Source of the DNA: Planktothrix sp. GU0601_MAG3
GTDB taxonomy: Bacteria; Cyanobacteriota; Cyanobacteriia; Cyanobacteriales; Microcoleaceae
Length of the DNA stretch: 64,000 bases
Reading direction: 5' to 3'
Assembly (NCBI GenBank): GCA_035193785.1
Contig: CP136572.1
Coordinates: 1,716,578 to 1,780,577 of the forward strand
This document shows, piece by piece, positions 43,670 through 56,200 of this stretch. Positions within the stretch are counted from its first letter, which is position 1, and every line of letters starts with the position of its first letter. The notes under the pieces are model-generated. The model was given only the letters and a program-made list of their open reading frames with translations. It was not told the origin of the DNA and ran no database searches. The translations under genes were made by a program, and so were the position numbers.

Positions 43670-45232
43670 TTATGCAGGAATTTTGGTGGGAAGTTGGGCT
43701 TTTTGGGCTTGATATTCTGCCAACTGTTGTTCAATTTCAGTTTTAACAATTTGGCGATATTCTAAGAAATGTTCATTATGGGCGCATAGGGTTAAATACT
43801 GCCCGCAGACGGCGGGATTATGTTTGATAATACTCAACAAATATCCCCAGAATTTCCAGCGAGTTTGGCGTTTAATTCCCTGTCGCCAAATCACAGTTGC
43901 TAAGGCTTTTAAATCAATCCAACTGGGGAATTTACCCGGAGGATGACATTTGGGCGCACCCAACTTTAAGAAACAGCGATAGGTGCGTGCTAAATAGCGT
44001 TCGGGATCATATAATTGCCAGAAGGTTTCAATATATTCTTCGGCAATTTCTTCAACGGGACGGGTGGGAACAAAGTTAATTAATGTGGTTTGGTTAATAT
44101 CAAATTTTTTGGGATTAATTAACCGTCCTTCTTTCTCTAAACGATGCCATAAAGCCGTATTGGGTAAGGCTTGTAACATACTAAATAAAGCCGTAGGAAT
44201 CGCAGATTGTTCGACAAATTCAATAATTCGAGAGCCCGCCCCGGGTTTTTCTCCATCAAATCCCAGAATAAATCCCGCCATCGGACGTAGGCCAGCGCGG
44301 ATAATTTTATCAACGGCTTCTAATAGGGGACTGCGGTTATTTTGATATTTTTTAGTCATTTGCAAACTACTGGTATCGGGGGTTTCAATCCCTAAAAATA
44401 CCGCATCAAAATTACATTCCACCATGGAGTCCATTAATTCACCATCATCGGCTAAATCAACCGAGGCTTCGGTATTAAACCGGAAGGGATATTGATGGTC
44501 AGCTTGCCAAACTTTTAGGGCTTTTAACAGTAATTTGACGTTGCGTTTATTCCCGATAAAATTATCATCCACCATGAAGATTGACCGCCGCCATCCCAAT
44601 TCATAAAGATAGTCTAATTCCTTTAATAATTGTTCGGGGGTTTTGGTGCGGGGTTTGCGACCATAAAGCACAATAATGTCGCAAAATTCGCATTGAAATG
44701 GGCATCCCCGGGAGAATTGTACCGACATAGAATCATAGGCATCTAATTCTAATAAATCGTAACGGGGAATAGGAGTTGAGGTGACACTGGGTTTTTCTTC
44801 TGTACGGAATACCCCGGAAGTTTCGCCTTTTTCAATGGCTTCTACAAACATGGGTAGGGTAATTTCCCCTTCATCTAAAATCAGAAAATCTGCCCCAGAA
44901 TCTTCAATTTCATGGGGGACAGAAGTGGGATAGGGGCCACCAACGGCGACTAATTTTCCGCGTCTTTTGGCTTCTTTAATTTGGTCAATGAAATCAACTT
45001 TCTGGACAATCATTCCCGAAAGGATGACCAATTCTGCCCAGTCCCATTCCGCTTGGGTGACAGCAGTAATATTGCGATCAACCAGTTTGAATTCCCAGGT
45101 TTGGGGCAAAATTGCCGCCACGGTAATTAATCCCAAGGGCGGTAACAACACTTTGCGATCAACTAATTCTAGGATTTTTTCATACGACCAAAATGTCGGC
45201 GGAAATTGAGGATAAATTAATAGGGTTTTCAT
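43670..45232 (-). CDS. Cobalamin-binding radical SAM protein (DUF4070 C-terminus)
   Basis: PPLGLITVAA, VAVGGPY, SRGCPFQCEFC (CxxxCxxC), VDDNFIGN, LGIET, GFILGFD. Confidence 0.9.
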   Translation of the reverse strand: MKTLLIYPQFPPTFWSYEKILELVDRKVLLPPLGLITVAAILPQTWEFKLVDRNITAVTQAEWDWAELVILSGMIVQKVDFIDQIKEAKRRGKLVAVGGPYPTSVPHEIEDSGADFLILDEGEITLPMFVEAIEKGETSGVFRTEEKPSVTSTPIPRYDLLELDAYDSMSVQFSRGCPFQCEFCDIIVLYGRKPRTKTPEQLLKELDYLYELGWRRSIFMVDDNFIGNKRNVKLLLKALKVWQADHQYPFRFNTEASVDLADDGELMDSMVECNFDAVFLGIETPDTSSLQMTKKYQNNRSPLLEAVDKIIRAGLRPMAGFILGFDGEKPGAGSRIIEFVEQSAIPTALFSMLQALPNTALWHRLEKEGRLINPKKFDINQTTLINFVPTRPVEEIAEEYIETFWQLYDPERYLARTYRCFLKLGAPKCHPPGKFPSWIDLKALATVIWRQGIKRQTRWKFWGYLLSIIKHNPAVCGQYLTLCAHNEHFLEYRQIVKTEIEQQLAEYQAQKAQLPTKIPA

Positions 45233-45291
45233 AGGTAAAATGGTAATTTTGAGTTAATATTATCTTAGACAATTCGTTAAATAGTACAAAT

Positions 45292-45496
45292 GAATTTTTC
45301 ACCCAGAATTTTTCACCCAGCGATTGAAATCGTCGCTACACAAAAGAAGAATTTTTCACCCAGCGATTGAAATCGCGGCTACACAAACGAAGTCCGCCTA
45401 CGCGGACTAATTAACAGATTAACATAATGTTCTCTGATTTTATCTTCAACCCGCGCAGGCGGGTTTGGGTTGTGTAGCCACGATTTCAATCGCTGG
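45292..45496. repeat. Inverted-repeat element with duplicated left end
   Basis: CCAGCGATTGAAATCGCGGCTACACAA (45359) ... TTGTGTAGCCACGATTTCAATCGCTGG (45496); two internal hairpins; GAATTTTTCACCCAG occurs three times. Confidence 0.8.
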
Positions 45497-45585
45497 ATAT
45501 CTGGATTGGATCTCTCATTAAATGACTGTTGGCGCTATGATACAAATGTTAACATTTCACCAAATCATACAGGGTTACGATAAAT

Positions 45586-46047
45586 ATGGCCGTTAAAATA
45601 GGAGATAGGGCTCCTGATTTCACCTTAACTTCGCAAACGGGCGAATCAGTGAGCATCAAAGACTTTCAGGGTAAAAAATCCGTTGTCCTTTACTTCTATC
45701 CCAAGGATGATACCCCGGGCTGTACCGCCGAAGCTTGCGCCTTTAGAGACAGTTATCAAGTTTTTACAGATGCGGGGGCGGAGGTAATTGGGATTAGTTC
45801 GGACACGGCCCAATCCCATCAACAGTTTGCCACAAAATACAATCTGCCGTTTATTTTGTTGAGCGATACCGGAAATAAAGTGCGTCAACTCTACGGTGTT
45901 CCCGCGACGATGTGGGTGCTCCCGGGTCGCGTTACCTATGTCATCGATACGGACGGCGTAGTGCGACATCTGTTCGATTCTATGCTGGATTTTAGCCGTC
46001 ACGTTGAGGAAGCGTTAACCACCCTCAAATCGATTCGAGCTTCATAA
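45586..46047 (+). CDS. bcp: Peroxiredoxin Q / BCP
   Basis: VLYFYPKDDTPGCTAEACAFRD, GRVTYVID. Confidence 0.93.
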   Translation: MAVKIGDRAPDFTLTSQTGESVSIKDFQGKKSVVLYFYPKDDTPGCTAEACAFRDSYQVFTDAGAEVIGISSDTAQSHQQFATKYNLPFILLSDTGNKVRQLYGVPATMWVLPGRVTYVIDTDGVVRHLFDSMLDFSRHVEEALTTLKSIRAS

Positions 46048-46077
46048 AATTGTAGTCAAAGCGATCGCTTTTAATTG

Positions 46078-47206
46078 ATGAATACAGACTATCAGAATAC
46101 CCTAACTCATTTAAGGCAAGAATTCTCTCAAACGTTGCCTAAACTCGCCCAACTCCTACCTCAGTTTATGCTGGCTGTGGGGGTGGGTTATTTATTTACT
46201 TGGTTACACGTTTCCCGTGGGATGGTTAATTGGGCCAATGATTGTGGGTATTTTTTACGCTGCATTTCGGGGGAAACCCCAGCCCCTACCCCCGATCTTT
46301 TTTATTGTGGGTCAAGCTATTGTAGCGATCGCGACGGCTACGGGCTTTTCCCTGAACACCATAGGGTTAATGGGGACTTACGCCTTCCCCCTAATGCTCT
46401 GTATTCTAGTGACCGGGGGGATGAGTATTTTAAATGGTTATTTTTTAGGGCGCTGGGGCGGAATTGACCGGGCGACGGGTTTCCTCAGTTGTGTTCCTGG
46501 GGCGAGTTACAGTTTAATTGCCATGAGTGAGGAAATGGGGGCCGATGCGATCGCCGTTGCCCTGTTACAATATTTGCGGATTCTGTTGGTCGCCCTAATT
46601 GTTCCCACCCTCGTCGGGTTCTGGTTTGCGGGGGATGTGGTTGTCGGGTCTGTGGTATCTATTCCCTTAGACACTTCACCGACTTTACCAATGCTGTACA
46701 ACCTGGGAATTCTGGGGGGTTGTGCGGCATTGGGAATCGTTTTAGGGGAAAAGTTTAGTTTACCTTCATCTTTGTTTCTAGGGCCGTTTTTAGTGAGTTT
46801 AACGGTCTTTTGGACAGTTCCCTATGGGATTAAAATGCCTCCTTTGCTATTTACTATTGGGCTATTATTTGTCGGACTTTCCGTGGGTTTAAAGTTTGAC
46901 TGGCAGAATGCTAAAAGACTCTGGAAAGCCGTTTTAATTGAATTCTTTTTAGTTATAATATTAATTCTATTTTGTTTGGGTGCGGGCTATATTTTCCACC
47001 AAATTACCCAAGTTGATACGATGACGGCGATATTAGGTTCTACCCCCGGAGGTATTACAGCAATGATCGCAACAGTAATTCAACTAGGGGGGGACTCAGG
47101 AATTGTTTTGGCGATGCAAATGACTCGAATGTTATTGATATTATTAATTAGTCCTTGGTTTGCCAATGTATTAATTAAAAGTCAAAAACAATCTAACCCA
47201 AGCTAG
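46078..47206 (+). CDS. Membrane AbrB (AidB-regulator/putative ammonia monooxygenase) family protein; one apparent +1 frameshift
   Basis: Multi-TM with duplicated PGA/PGG..M and Q..R motifs. Shift at GTTTC 46210-46214. Confidence 0.85.
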
Positions 47207-47333
47207 TTGTTGAGCTTTAGCTCCCCCTAAGCTAGTTGTTGGGCTTTAGAACCTTCTTAGCACATGATCGCAACAACAAACTATTGTGATATAATATCCT
47301 AAAAATCATTAATCTATTGATTAATTGAGGGCA

Positions 47334-48111
47334 ATGTCACCATCACAAGAAACAATCCCCTTTGGGGTCATATTACCGCCCACTCAAGACGAATTACCCT
47401 ATGACGATGGAGTCCCCATGGAAACCCAACGCCATAAAATGCAAATGGATTTACTAATTGATCCGTTAATTCCTTGGTTAGAACCGCGAGAAGATGGTTA
47501 TATTGGGGGCAATATGTTCCTCTATTTTAGTTTAGCCCAAGTGCGGAACCAAGACTTCAAAGGCCCCGATTTTTTTGCCGTATTAGGAGTTCCCAAAAAA
47601 GAACGAAAAAGTTGGGTAGTTTGGGAAGAAGGAAAAGCCCCCGATGTGATCATTGAACTATTATCACCCAGTACCGCCCAAGAAGATAAAACCAACAAAA
47701 AAATTATCTATCAAAATCAAGTTCGGGTTTCCTGAATATTTCTGGTTTGACCCCTTTAATCCTGATGATTTGGCGGGATTTATCTTAATTAATGGCAGTT
47801 ATGAACCAATTTTTCCCGATCAATTTAATCGGTTATTCAGTCAACAATTAGGCCTATCCTTAGTCCGATGGTCAGGAGTTTATAAAACCGTTGAAACCCT
47901 ATGGTTAAGATGGGCTAATTCAGAGGGTGAAATTCTGCCCACACCCGACGAATTATCCGCACAAAAAGCCGAAGAAGCGGGGCGTCAAGCTGAACAAGCT
48001 CAACTACAAGCCGAACAAGCCCAACAGCGTTCCCAAGAGTTAGAAACCTTACTTAACCGCTACCGCCAACAGTTTGGGGAATTACCCTCACCCAGTTCTG
48101 ATCAGTTTTGA
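47334..48111 (+). CDS. Uma2 family protein; one apparent +1 frameshift
   Basis: LPYDDGVPMET, GPDFFAV, WVVWEEGKAPDVIIELLS, VPEYFWFDP, WLRW. Shift at GTTTC 47727-47731. Confidence 0.88.
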
Positions 48112-48183
48112 GATCAAATTGGGTATTCTGAAAATAGGTACTATTAAAGCCAACTAATCGAAAATAAGAGGAAGGTATAAGCA

Positions 48184-48609
48184 ATGAATCCCGCCGAGAA
48201 ACAATCATTAGAAAAACAATATGGAGCCGAGCGTATCCGTAAAATGGAACGCTTGAAACAGGTACAAAAAGTGATTATGTTCCTATCACTGCTGTCTTTT
48301 TTTGGGACGAGTATATTTGGATTAGGAAAAGTGTTTAAAGGCGCATTTGAAAAAAAACCTGAAGTCACTCAAACCACAGAACAACAATCGGCAAGTGCTC
48401 TATTACAAAAGCAAGAAAAAGGTTATGAAACCGTATTAAAACGGGAACCAAATAACCCAACAGCATTGGAAGGTTTATTGAATGTTCGCTTACAACAAAA
48501 TAATATTCCAGGAGCAATTGAACCCCTAGAAAAGTTAGTCAAATTATATCCTGATCGGCAGGATTATCGAAATTCATTAACTGAATTAAAACAGCAAAAT
48601 AAAAAATAA
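48184..48609 (+). CDS. Membrane-anchored TPR protein
   Basis: One TM segment, then GYETVLKREPNNPTALEGL..AIEPLEKLVKLYPDR. Confidence 0.75.
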   Translation: MNPAEKQSLEKQYGAERIRKMERLKQVQKVIMFLSLLSFFGTSIFGLGKVFKGAFEKKPEVTQTTEQQSASALLQKQEKGYETVLKREPNNPTALEGLLNVRLQQNNIPGAIEPLEKLVKLYPDRQDYRNSLTELKQQNKK

Positions 48610-48686
48610 ATCCAGTTATGAAACATTTAGACTACTGGATAAAACAGCAAAAACAGGGTTTATTCGAGTGTGAAAGTTGTTGAGCT

Positions 48687-51600
48687 TTAGCCCTCTCCTC
48701 TTGGGGTACCCATCCCAACAACGGTTTGATAAAATTCCTCTAACCCGGCTACACAAACTTGATCATCAAAAATCAGATGATGGCGTTGACTCATTTGTTC
48801 AGAAATTGTTTTTCGCAATACAGGATCTAATCCTAATTTAACCGCAATTTTAATATATTCGGCTTCATTTTCTGCAATTGTTTCGGTTAACCCGATCATT
48901 TTTAAGAAACTATCAGCATGACGTCCGCGCATGAATTCCCCAGGACAAGTTACAATTGGTAAATTACAGGCGATCGCTTCTAAAGAAGTATTTCCTCCCG
49001 ACCAAGTGAAAGTATCTAAAAACAGATCAGAAAGCAAATTTAACATCAAATAATCAAACCTTTCCGGGACGTTTCTATGTAAACAATAATCTTGATAATT
49101 TAACCCATAATTAGCAAAAGCTTGTTTTAACCGCTCATTTAATAAAGTTCCTCGGAAGAACAAAAATTTAGCATTAGGAACTTTTACAGCAATTTCTGGC
49201 AAAATATAATCATATTGAGGAAGATATTTAAACGGCGCTTGACAACATAAATAAATTACCGCATCTTCGGGTAAATCATAATCTGATCGAGTTTTAACTA
49301 ACGCCGGAATATCCTGCGGTTGGGGATAAGCAACCCCAATATTTGGTAATAAAATTAGGGTTTCAGAATAATGGTCTTGTGCATTTTCCGGTTTCCATTA
49401 ATTGACTGGAAAGAAAATAATCAATGGTGGGTAGTCCCGATGTTACCGGATGACCCCAAGCAGTGCATTGAATGGGTGCTAAACGCAACGCTGCGAGTTC
49501 CATGGTTGGGGGGTTCATGCCAATTTCTGGATAGACTAAAATATGCAGTTTATCCTTGAAAATTTGTTCAGCCACCGCTTCTAAATTGTTAGGAATATGA
49601 TAGAATTGATAACTATATTGACGAAATTGATCTGTAATGGGATCGGGAGAATTGCCAGTATAATAAGAGTAAATTTCAAACTGGTCAGGGTTAGCATACC
49701 GCAACCAACCTGTTAACCAAAGTGACCCGCTATAACAATGTAAATAATTAGAAACATATCCCACTCTAATTTTATTCTCAACTGTTGGTAGGGTTAGCGG
49801 TTGCACCCATTGGGGATATTTAGCTGACATCATCTGATGTAGGAAATTACCATAAATACGTTGTTCTTCTATAATATTTCTCGCTTGATAACCTAGATAG
49901 AAATTAGTAAATCTGCCCATTCCTAAAAAGGCTGATTCTAAGGTTTCAGGATCATTAAAATCCGTGGTTTCAATTAATGTTTTTAATCCTTTGTTAAACC
50001 GTTCTTGATAATCACTAATTTCCTCAACGGAGTGATAAAACATCGGAACTATTAAATTTTTTAGTAATATAAACGTATAATCTTTTGGCAAACATTCCGA
50101 GGCAATTTTCGCTTGCGTAGCTGCTTCCTCTGTTCTTCCCTGATAGATAAGATTTGTAATTAGGGTAAAGTGGAGAGGTGCAAATTTGGAATCAAGCTCT
50201 GTGGCTATTTTTAAAACATTAATTGCACTATCATATTCTCCCAAATTCCAGTAACATTGATGGATTTTTTCATAAATATTAACATCTCCCTGTTGTAAAT
50301 CGAGTAATTTTTGATATTGGGCGATCGCACCTTGATAATTCCCTAATTCATACAAGCGATCGCCAAAACTGCTATAATGTAATGCAGGATTTTGTTGCCT
50401 TTCTTTAGCTAGTTCTAAATTGTTCAGAATATCAGGATTATTAGGAATAATTTGTAAAGCAATTTGATAGTTTTCTAGGGCTGATTCTATTTGATTTTGC
50501 AATAGAAAAAGATTCCCTAAATTTAAGTAACTGCCAAAATGATTAGGGTTAATATTAATCCCTTGACGGTAAAGGGTTTCTGCTTCTATAAATTGCCCTT
50601 GTTGCGTTAAGAGATTTCCTAAGTTATTATAGGCATCAAGATAATCAGGTTTTAATTCGATTGTTTTTTTGTAAGCTGCGATCGCTTGTGGAATTTGATT
50701 CATTTTTTCCAAACATTTACCTAAGTTATAATATCCTTCAAACCTTTCGGGATCAATTTCAATAACCTGAAAAATTGCTTGTAGAGATTCCTGATAATTT
50801 TCAGTTTGATAATATAATTTACTTAAATTAATCCAGGATTCTAAATGATGCTTATTCCATTTTAAAAAATCTTTATATTTATTCTCGGCTTGATTAAAGT
50901 TATGTTCCTGATGAAAACTTAAAGCGTCTTGATAAATTGTTTCTAACAAGTCTTCTAATTGCTCAACTTGGGAAATTCTTTTAATAATTTGAGGTTGACG
51001 GTAATTAAATACAACTGATGACTCTAGGCTGATATTTCTATTAATATCTCGACTTAAAATAACCCTTCCCTCGGCAACAGTAAGATATTGATCAGACTGA
51101 GATAAAAACTCTTTCTCAATTATAAATTCAGAGTTTACAGTCAGAAAATCTGCGATCGCTTGCTGCACAGATGGATGGTTAACTCCCTCAATAATTATTA
51201 AAGATTGATCAGACAGAAAGAATTTAATCGACAATAAACTATACAAAACAGAACGATAATCCTTTTTCCAGTCATAGACAAATACCCCAATTGTATTTTC
51301 AAAATTAACCGTTTTTAATTCTAATAAAAATTCTTCGGGATCTTGATCAAAGAGAAACACTTGTTCTGTTAAGTTAAAATTATCTAAATTATTAACTAGA
51401 TCTTCATAATTTCTTGAGTTGTTTTGCTCGTAGAATGAATCAACTGCATAAGCCATGCAGTCAGGATGGTTGAGTAAGGCAGCAATTAAAGTGCTAAAAG
51501 AATTTACCCCAAATTGACAATAAATTTCCTCATCTTCTAAATCATCAACTGCCCAATTCAATAAAACATAAAAAATCATCAATTCTTCGTTTTCTAAGAT

Positions 51601-51741
51601 TGCCGAAAATGAATGTAAGTTTTTAAATAATGTTGAGCCATGCTCCAGTAACTTTTTATTTTGATTGATTGGTGATAATTTTTCAAAGAAATTTAGATAT
51701 TTCATTGTTTTATGGGAAATGCAAGTTGGGGATTGAATCAT
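48687..51741 (-). CDS. Methyltransferase-like N-terminus + TPR + GT41 (OGT/SPINDLY-like) glycosyltransferase; one apparent +1 frameshift
   Basis: TPR array, KIRVGYVS, RLAPIQCTAWGHPVTSGLPTIDYFLS, DLFLDTFTWSGGNTSLEA, FMRGR. Shift at GTTTC 49391-49395. Confidence 0.88.
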
Positions 51742-52105
51742 AAAAAATCAATTAATCTTATTCTAACATATTAATCAATTTATCAATTGTTGAGTCCCAG
51801 GTTTTACTCTACCCTCAAAAGATCAATGAGCATAGAGCATGGCATCGGAAAAACAATAATCAAATGAAAATGATCATTTTCCGAAAACAACAGGGTATAC
51901 TGTAAACAGCAATCTTTAACAGCCTCCTAGTCTATGAATTTTTTAGTTCTGTTAAATTGGACACAAGCAGAATCAGATCTGTTGTTGGAAACTGGAAACA
52001 ATAACAAAAGTATTTCTCCAACATCCTGACAGGAGTAATCTATCTGTTTTAATTGACTATAATGGTCTTTCTAGTCAAGAGGCTGACTTGTATTTATCAG
52101 GTGTG

Positions 52106-53183
52106 ATGATGAACTTGATATTAGAAGGAGATGAACAATTAGAAACACAGCCGGGTATTCGCTTAATTAGTCCAGAAAATTTTGAAGAATGGTTTAATGC
52201 TATTTTAACGGTCAATTATAAAATTTTAGGTAGCAATGTCAATGATAATGAACTCAATGAATGGTTGAAAATAATCCCATCGGTTAGTTTAGAAAAAATT
52301 AGTAATTCGGAAAAATATCAATTATTGTCCACTGTAAATGAGGAACAAAAAATCTTTAAGTTACAACTGGCAAACCAATGTTTTCATGCTCAAAGATTTA
52401 CAGAAGCAGCTAATTTAGGCAGAAATTTACTCTCAGATTATCCAGAGTTAGTAGAAATAGGTTTTTCGATTCCTGTAGCTCACAGCCTCATTTTATCGTT
52501 AAATTGGTATGAGATTGCAGCCAATCTTCCCCCAGGGATTAATTATCTCCTGACATCAGGATGGCTTAATTCACTGTATCAGAGTAAACCTGTAACCCAA
52601 GATAATCGACCAATTCCTTGGTATACCTATCCAGCAATTGAATTTTTAGAAGATAAGGTAAAGCCAGATTTTAAAGTTTTTGAATTTGGATCAGGTCAAT
52701 CTACATTATGGTGGTCTGAGCGAGTTTTAGAAGTGATTTCCATTGAAAATGATCTTAATTGGTTTCAAGAAATTAACTCTAAAATGCCTAATAATGTGCA
52801 ACTCTTTTTAAAAGAAAATGAAACGGAGTATGCGGAAATGATCAAACAATTTCCCCTGGATTACTTTGATGTTATTATTGTTGATGGAGTCAATCGAAAC
52901 CAATCTTTAGAACTTAGTTTAAATCATATCAAGGAAGCAGGTCTAATCATTTTTGATAACAGCGATCACTACGAATATGATGAATCTGTGAACCGATTAA
53001 CATCGAGTGGCTATAAACGGATAGATTTTTGGGGAATGTTCCCAGGTTATACTTATAAAAACTGTACTTCTTTTTTCTTTAAAAAATTTGATATTTTAGA
53101 AGCGCAACAAGTTTCCCAGTGGTAAACAATCACTTTTGGGTCAATCCTGTTTTCAAATCATGAGCCCAAGGCCTAGTCATTAG
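52106..53183 (+). CDS. SAM-dependent methyltransferase-like protein; apparent +1 frameshift near the C-terminus
   Basis: PIPWYTYPAIEFL, VFEFGSGQSTLWW, FDVIIVDG, IIFDNS. Shift at GTTTC 53111-53115. Confidence 0.75.
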
Positions 53184-53219
53184 ATAACATAACTAAAAAA
53201 AAGTAATTAGAGGTATACA

Positions 53220-56200
53220 ATGAATCCTATGTTAAATCTGTCTAATATTGACGAATGCAAAGCTAAATTCAACCTAAGCTACCATGTAGAATTTGCGTAT
53301 GCCTGTCAACAACTATTGGGATTTAAAGACAAGGATGTTTTGGAAGTGGGCGGAAGTTTGCCGGAGGATTTTGTCTTTAATTATCTAGGAGCGAAATCCT
53401 GGTCAGCGATAGAAACCCCAGATTATGAGGAGAGCTTAAAAAAAGCCGGCGGACTAACTCATACAGGAACTATTATTCCAAGCATTCAACCCCAAGATTA
53501 TTCCAAAATGGGGTTTAAAAATCGAACACTAGAAAGATACAATTTATTCTTAGACAATATAGAGAATCTAACAGATGAATACCATAACCAATATGATTTA
53601 GTTTTTTCCATTGCTACTTTTGAACATATTAATAAATTACCAGAATCTTTAGAGAAAATGTTTTTATCTCTCCGTCCTGGAGGTCGAGTTTTTTCTCTGT
53701 TTGCCCCAATTTGGTCGGGTTCTGACGGTCATCATCTACCTAATATAACAGATCAGCAAGGAAGACAATTCAATTTTGGTAACTCTCCAATTCCGCCTTG
53801 GGGTCATTTATTAATGACTCCATCGGAAATGACTCAACATTTATACCAGTATATGGATAAAGAAACTGCTGATTTAATGGTTGATTATATTTATTATTCT
53901 CCCCATATTAATCGTTTTTTCACAGAAGACTACATTAAATTTTTTCATCAAAGTTCTTTTAAATTAAATCACTTTGAGCCAGTTTTTATGGATGAAACGA
54001 ATTCAGAAATTCAACACAGTCTTGAAAAACTACATCCTGGAAAAAATAAATTCAATAATCGTGGAATTTTAGTTGTATTAGAAAACCCAATAGATCTGAT
54101 TTATCAAAAACAAGGGTTTAATCCTCAAGAAAAAACCATCCCTGAACATTCAGAAACAAATCGGTTAAAAACTCCTGTTTGTTTAATGATTTTCAACAGA
54201 CCTGATACAACACAGCAAGTGTTTAATGTGATTCGTCAGGTTAAACCCGAAAAGCTTCTAGTAATTGCGGATGGCCCTCGATTGAATGTAGTCGGTGAAG
54301 TCGAAAAATGTGCAGCGACTCGAGCTATTATTAATCAAGTGGATTGGAACTGTGAAGTTTTAACTCAATATTCTGATATTAATTTAGGTCTTCGTCATCG
54401 GGTTTCTAGTGGATTAAATTGGGTTTTTAACACCGTTGAAGAAGCTATTATTCTTGAGGATGATTGCTTACCAGATGTCACCTTTTTCCGATTTTGTGCA
54501 GAATTATTAGAACGTTATCGTCATGATCCAAAAATCATGGCAATCTCAGGAAATAACTTTAAATTACGAGATAATGATCAACAGACCAGTTATTACTTTT
54601 CTCGATATAATCATATCTGGGGATGGGCAACTTGGCGCAGAGCTTGGCAACTCTATGATTTGGATATGAAATTATGGCCAACAATCAGAGATAACAACGG
54701 TTTAGAAAAAATACTAGAAAATTCTCATGAAACCATCGCTGATTGTGTAGAAGTTTTTCAAGCTGCTTATGAAGGATTTAATAGCTGGGCTTATGCTTGG
54801 ATATTTGCTTGTTGGGTTTCATGGAGGCTTAACGATTCTCCCTAATGTTAATTTGGTTTCCAATATTGGTTTTAGGGAAGATGCAACCCATACAAAAGAT
54901 GAATCCCCACTCGCTAATTTACCCACAAAACCGATGAGTTTTCCCTTACAACATCCTACTGTTATGATGCGTAACGCTCAATCTAATAACGTGACTGAGG
55001 GCATTATGTTTAGTTCTTCTATATCTCAAACTCAACCGTTAGAAAATCAAGATAGTGTAACTATTTTATCCCAGGGAATTGAATATCTGAACAATCATCA
55101 GAATTTAGAAGCTCTAAATTTATTCAAAAAAGTCTTAGAAATTTCCCCGGAAAGAATAGAAATTTATTATCCCCAAGCTGTTGCTCAAGCTCGCCTTGGT
55201 CAACTTTCCGAATCGATTCATTCCTTGAAAAACCTCTTGAGTTTTCAGAGAAATCACTCCCGAGGAAAACAACTATTAGAACAGTTATCATCAGAGGTAA
55301 AACAGAAAATAAAAACCCAAATTGACACGGCTATTAGTTTACTCAATAAAGGGGAGAAAGTAGCAGCTTTAAGGTTAGCAGAAAAAACAACAGAATCGGG
55401 GATATTTATCCCAGGAATGCACTATCTTCGAGCCATTTGTTTAAGTAATGTTGGTCGATATGAAGAAGCCTTAGAAGCGGCTCAACAGGAACTAGAAAAT
55501 AATCCTTCCCATCCTGAAGCTCAAGCTCAAGTACAATCCTTAACTCAATCATTAATCCGACCCAAAAAAGCACCAATTCCTACCCACGAAAGGCCCTGGA
55601 ATACGGCTTTGCCATACGACTTGATGATGTCGATTCAAAATGCTTTACATAATTTTTCCTATAAAGGAGTTCCTTTACAAAAAAATCCATTTGATTTTTC
55701 ACTTTACCCCATTTTAATTTGGAATATTAAACCCCAGACTATTATAGAAATTGGTTCTAAAAGTGGTGGAAGTGGTGTATGGTTTGGGGATTTAATGAAT
55801 AACTTTGGCATTGAAGGTCATGTTTATTCGATTGATATTGTTAAAGTCACTAAAGTGTCTCACCCTCGCGTTACCTTTTTAGAAGGGGATGGCAGCAATT
55901 TAGGGGAAACTTTATCCCCAGAATTTCTTAACTCCTTACCCCGACCTTTATTAATCATTGAAGATGCCGATCATTCATTTACTACCAGTAAAGCGGTATT
56001 AGATTTCTTCCATCCTTATTTGGATAAAGGAGAATATATCGTTGTTGAAGATGGGATTATTTCTGATATTATTCAGGATGTCTCCTATAATAGCGGGCCC
56101 CATAAAGCCTTAAAAGCCTTCTTATCAGAACATCGCGGTGAATATGAAATTGATGGAGAATATTGTGACTTTTTTGGCTACAACTTAACCTGGGGAACTA

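Noticed and set aside
43567..43749. 60-aa ORF with GTGNREQ repeats
   Set aside because: Translation of the TGTTCCC heptamer repeat overlapping the radical SAM gene end.
43670..45232. Calling the radical SAM gene hpnP
   Set aside because: The architecture is shared by a wider family and no hopanoid genes are nearby; needs phylogeny.
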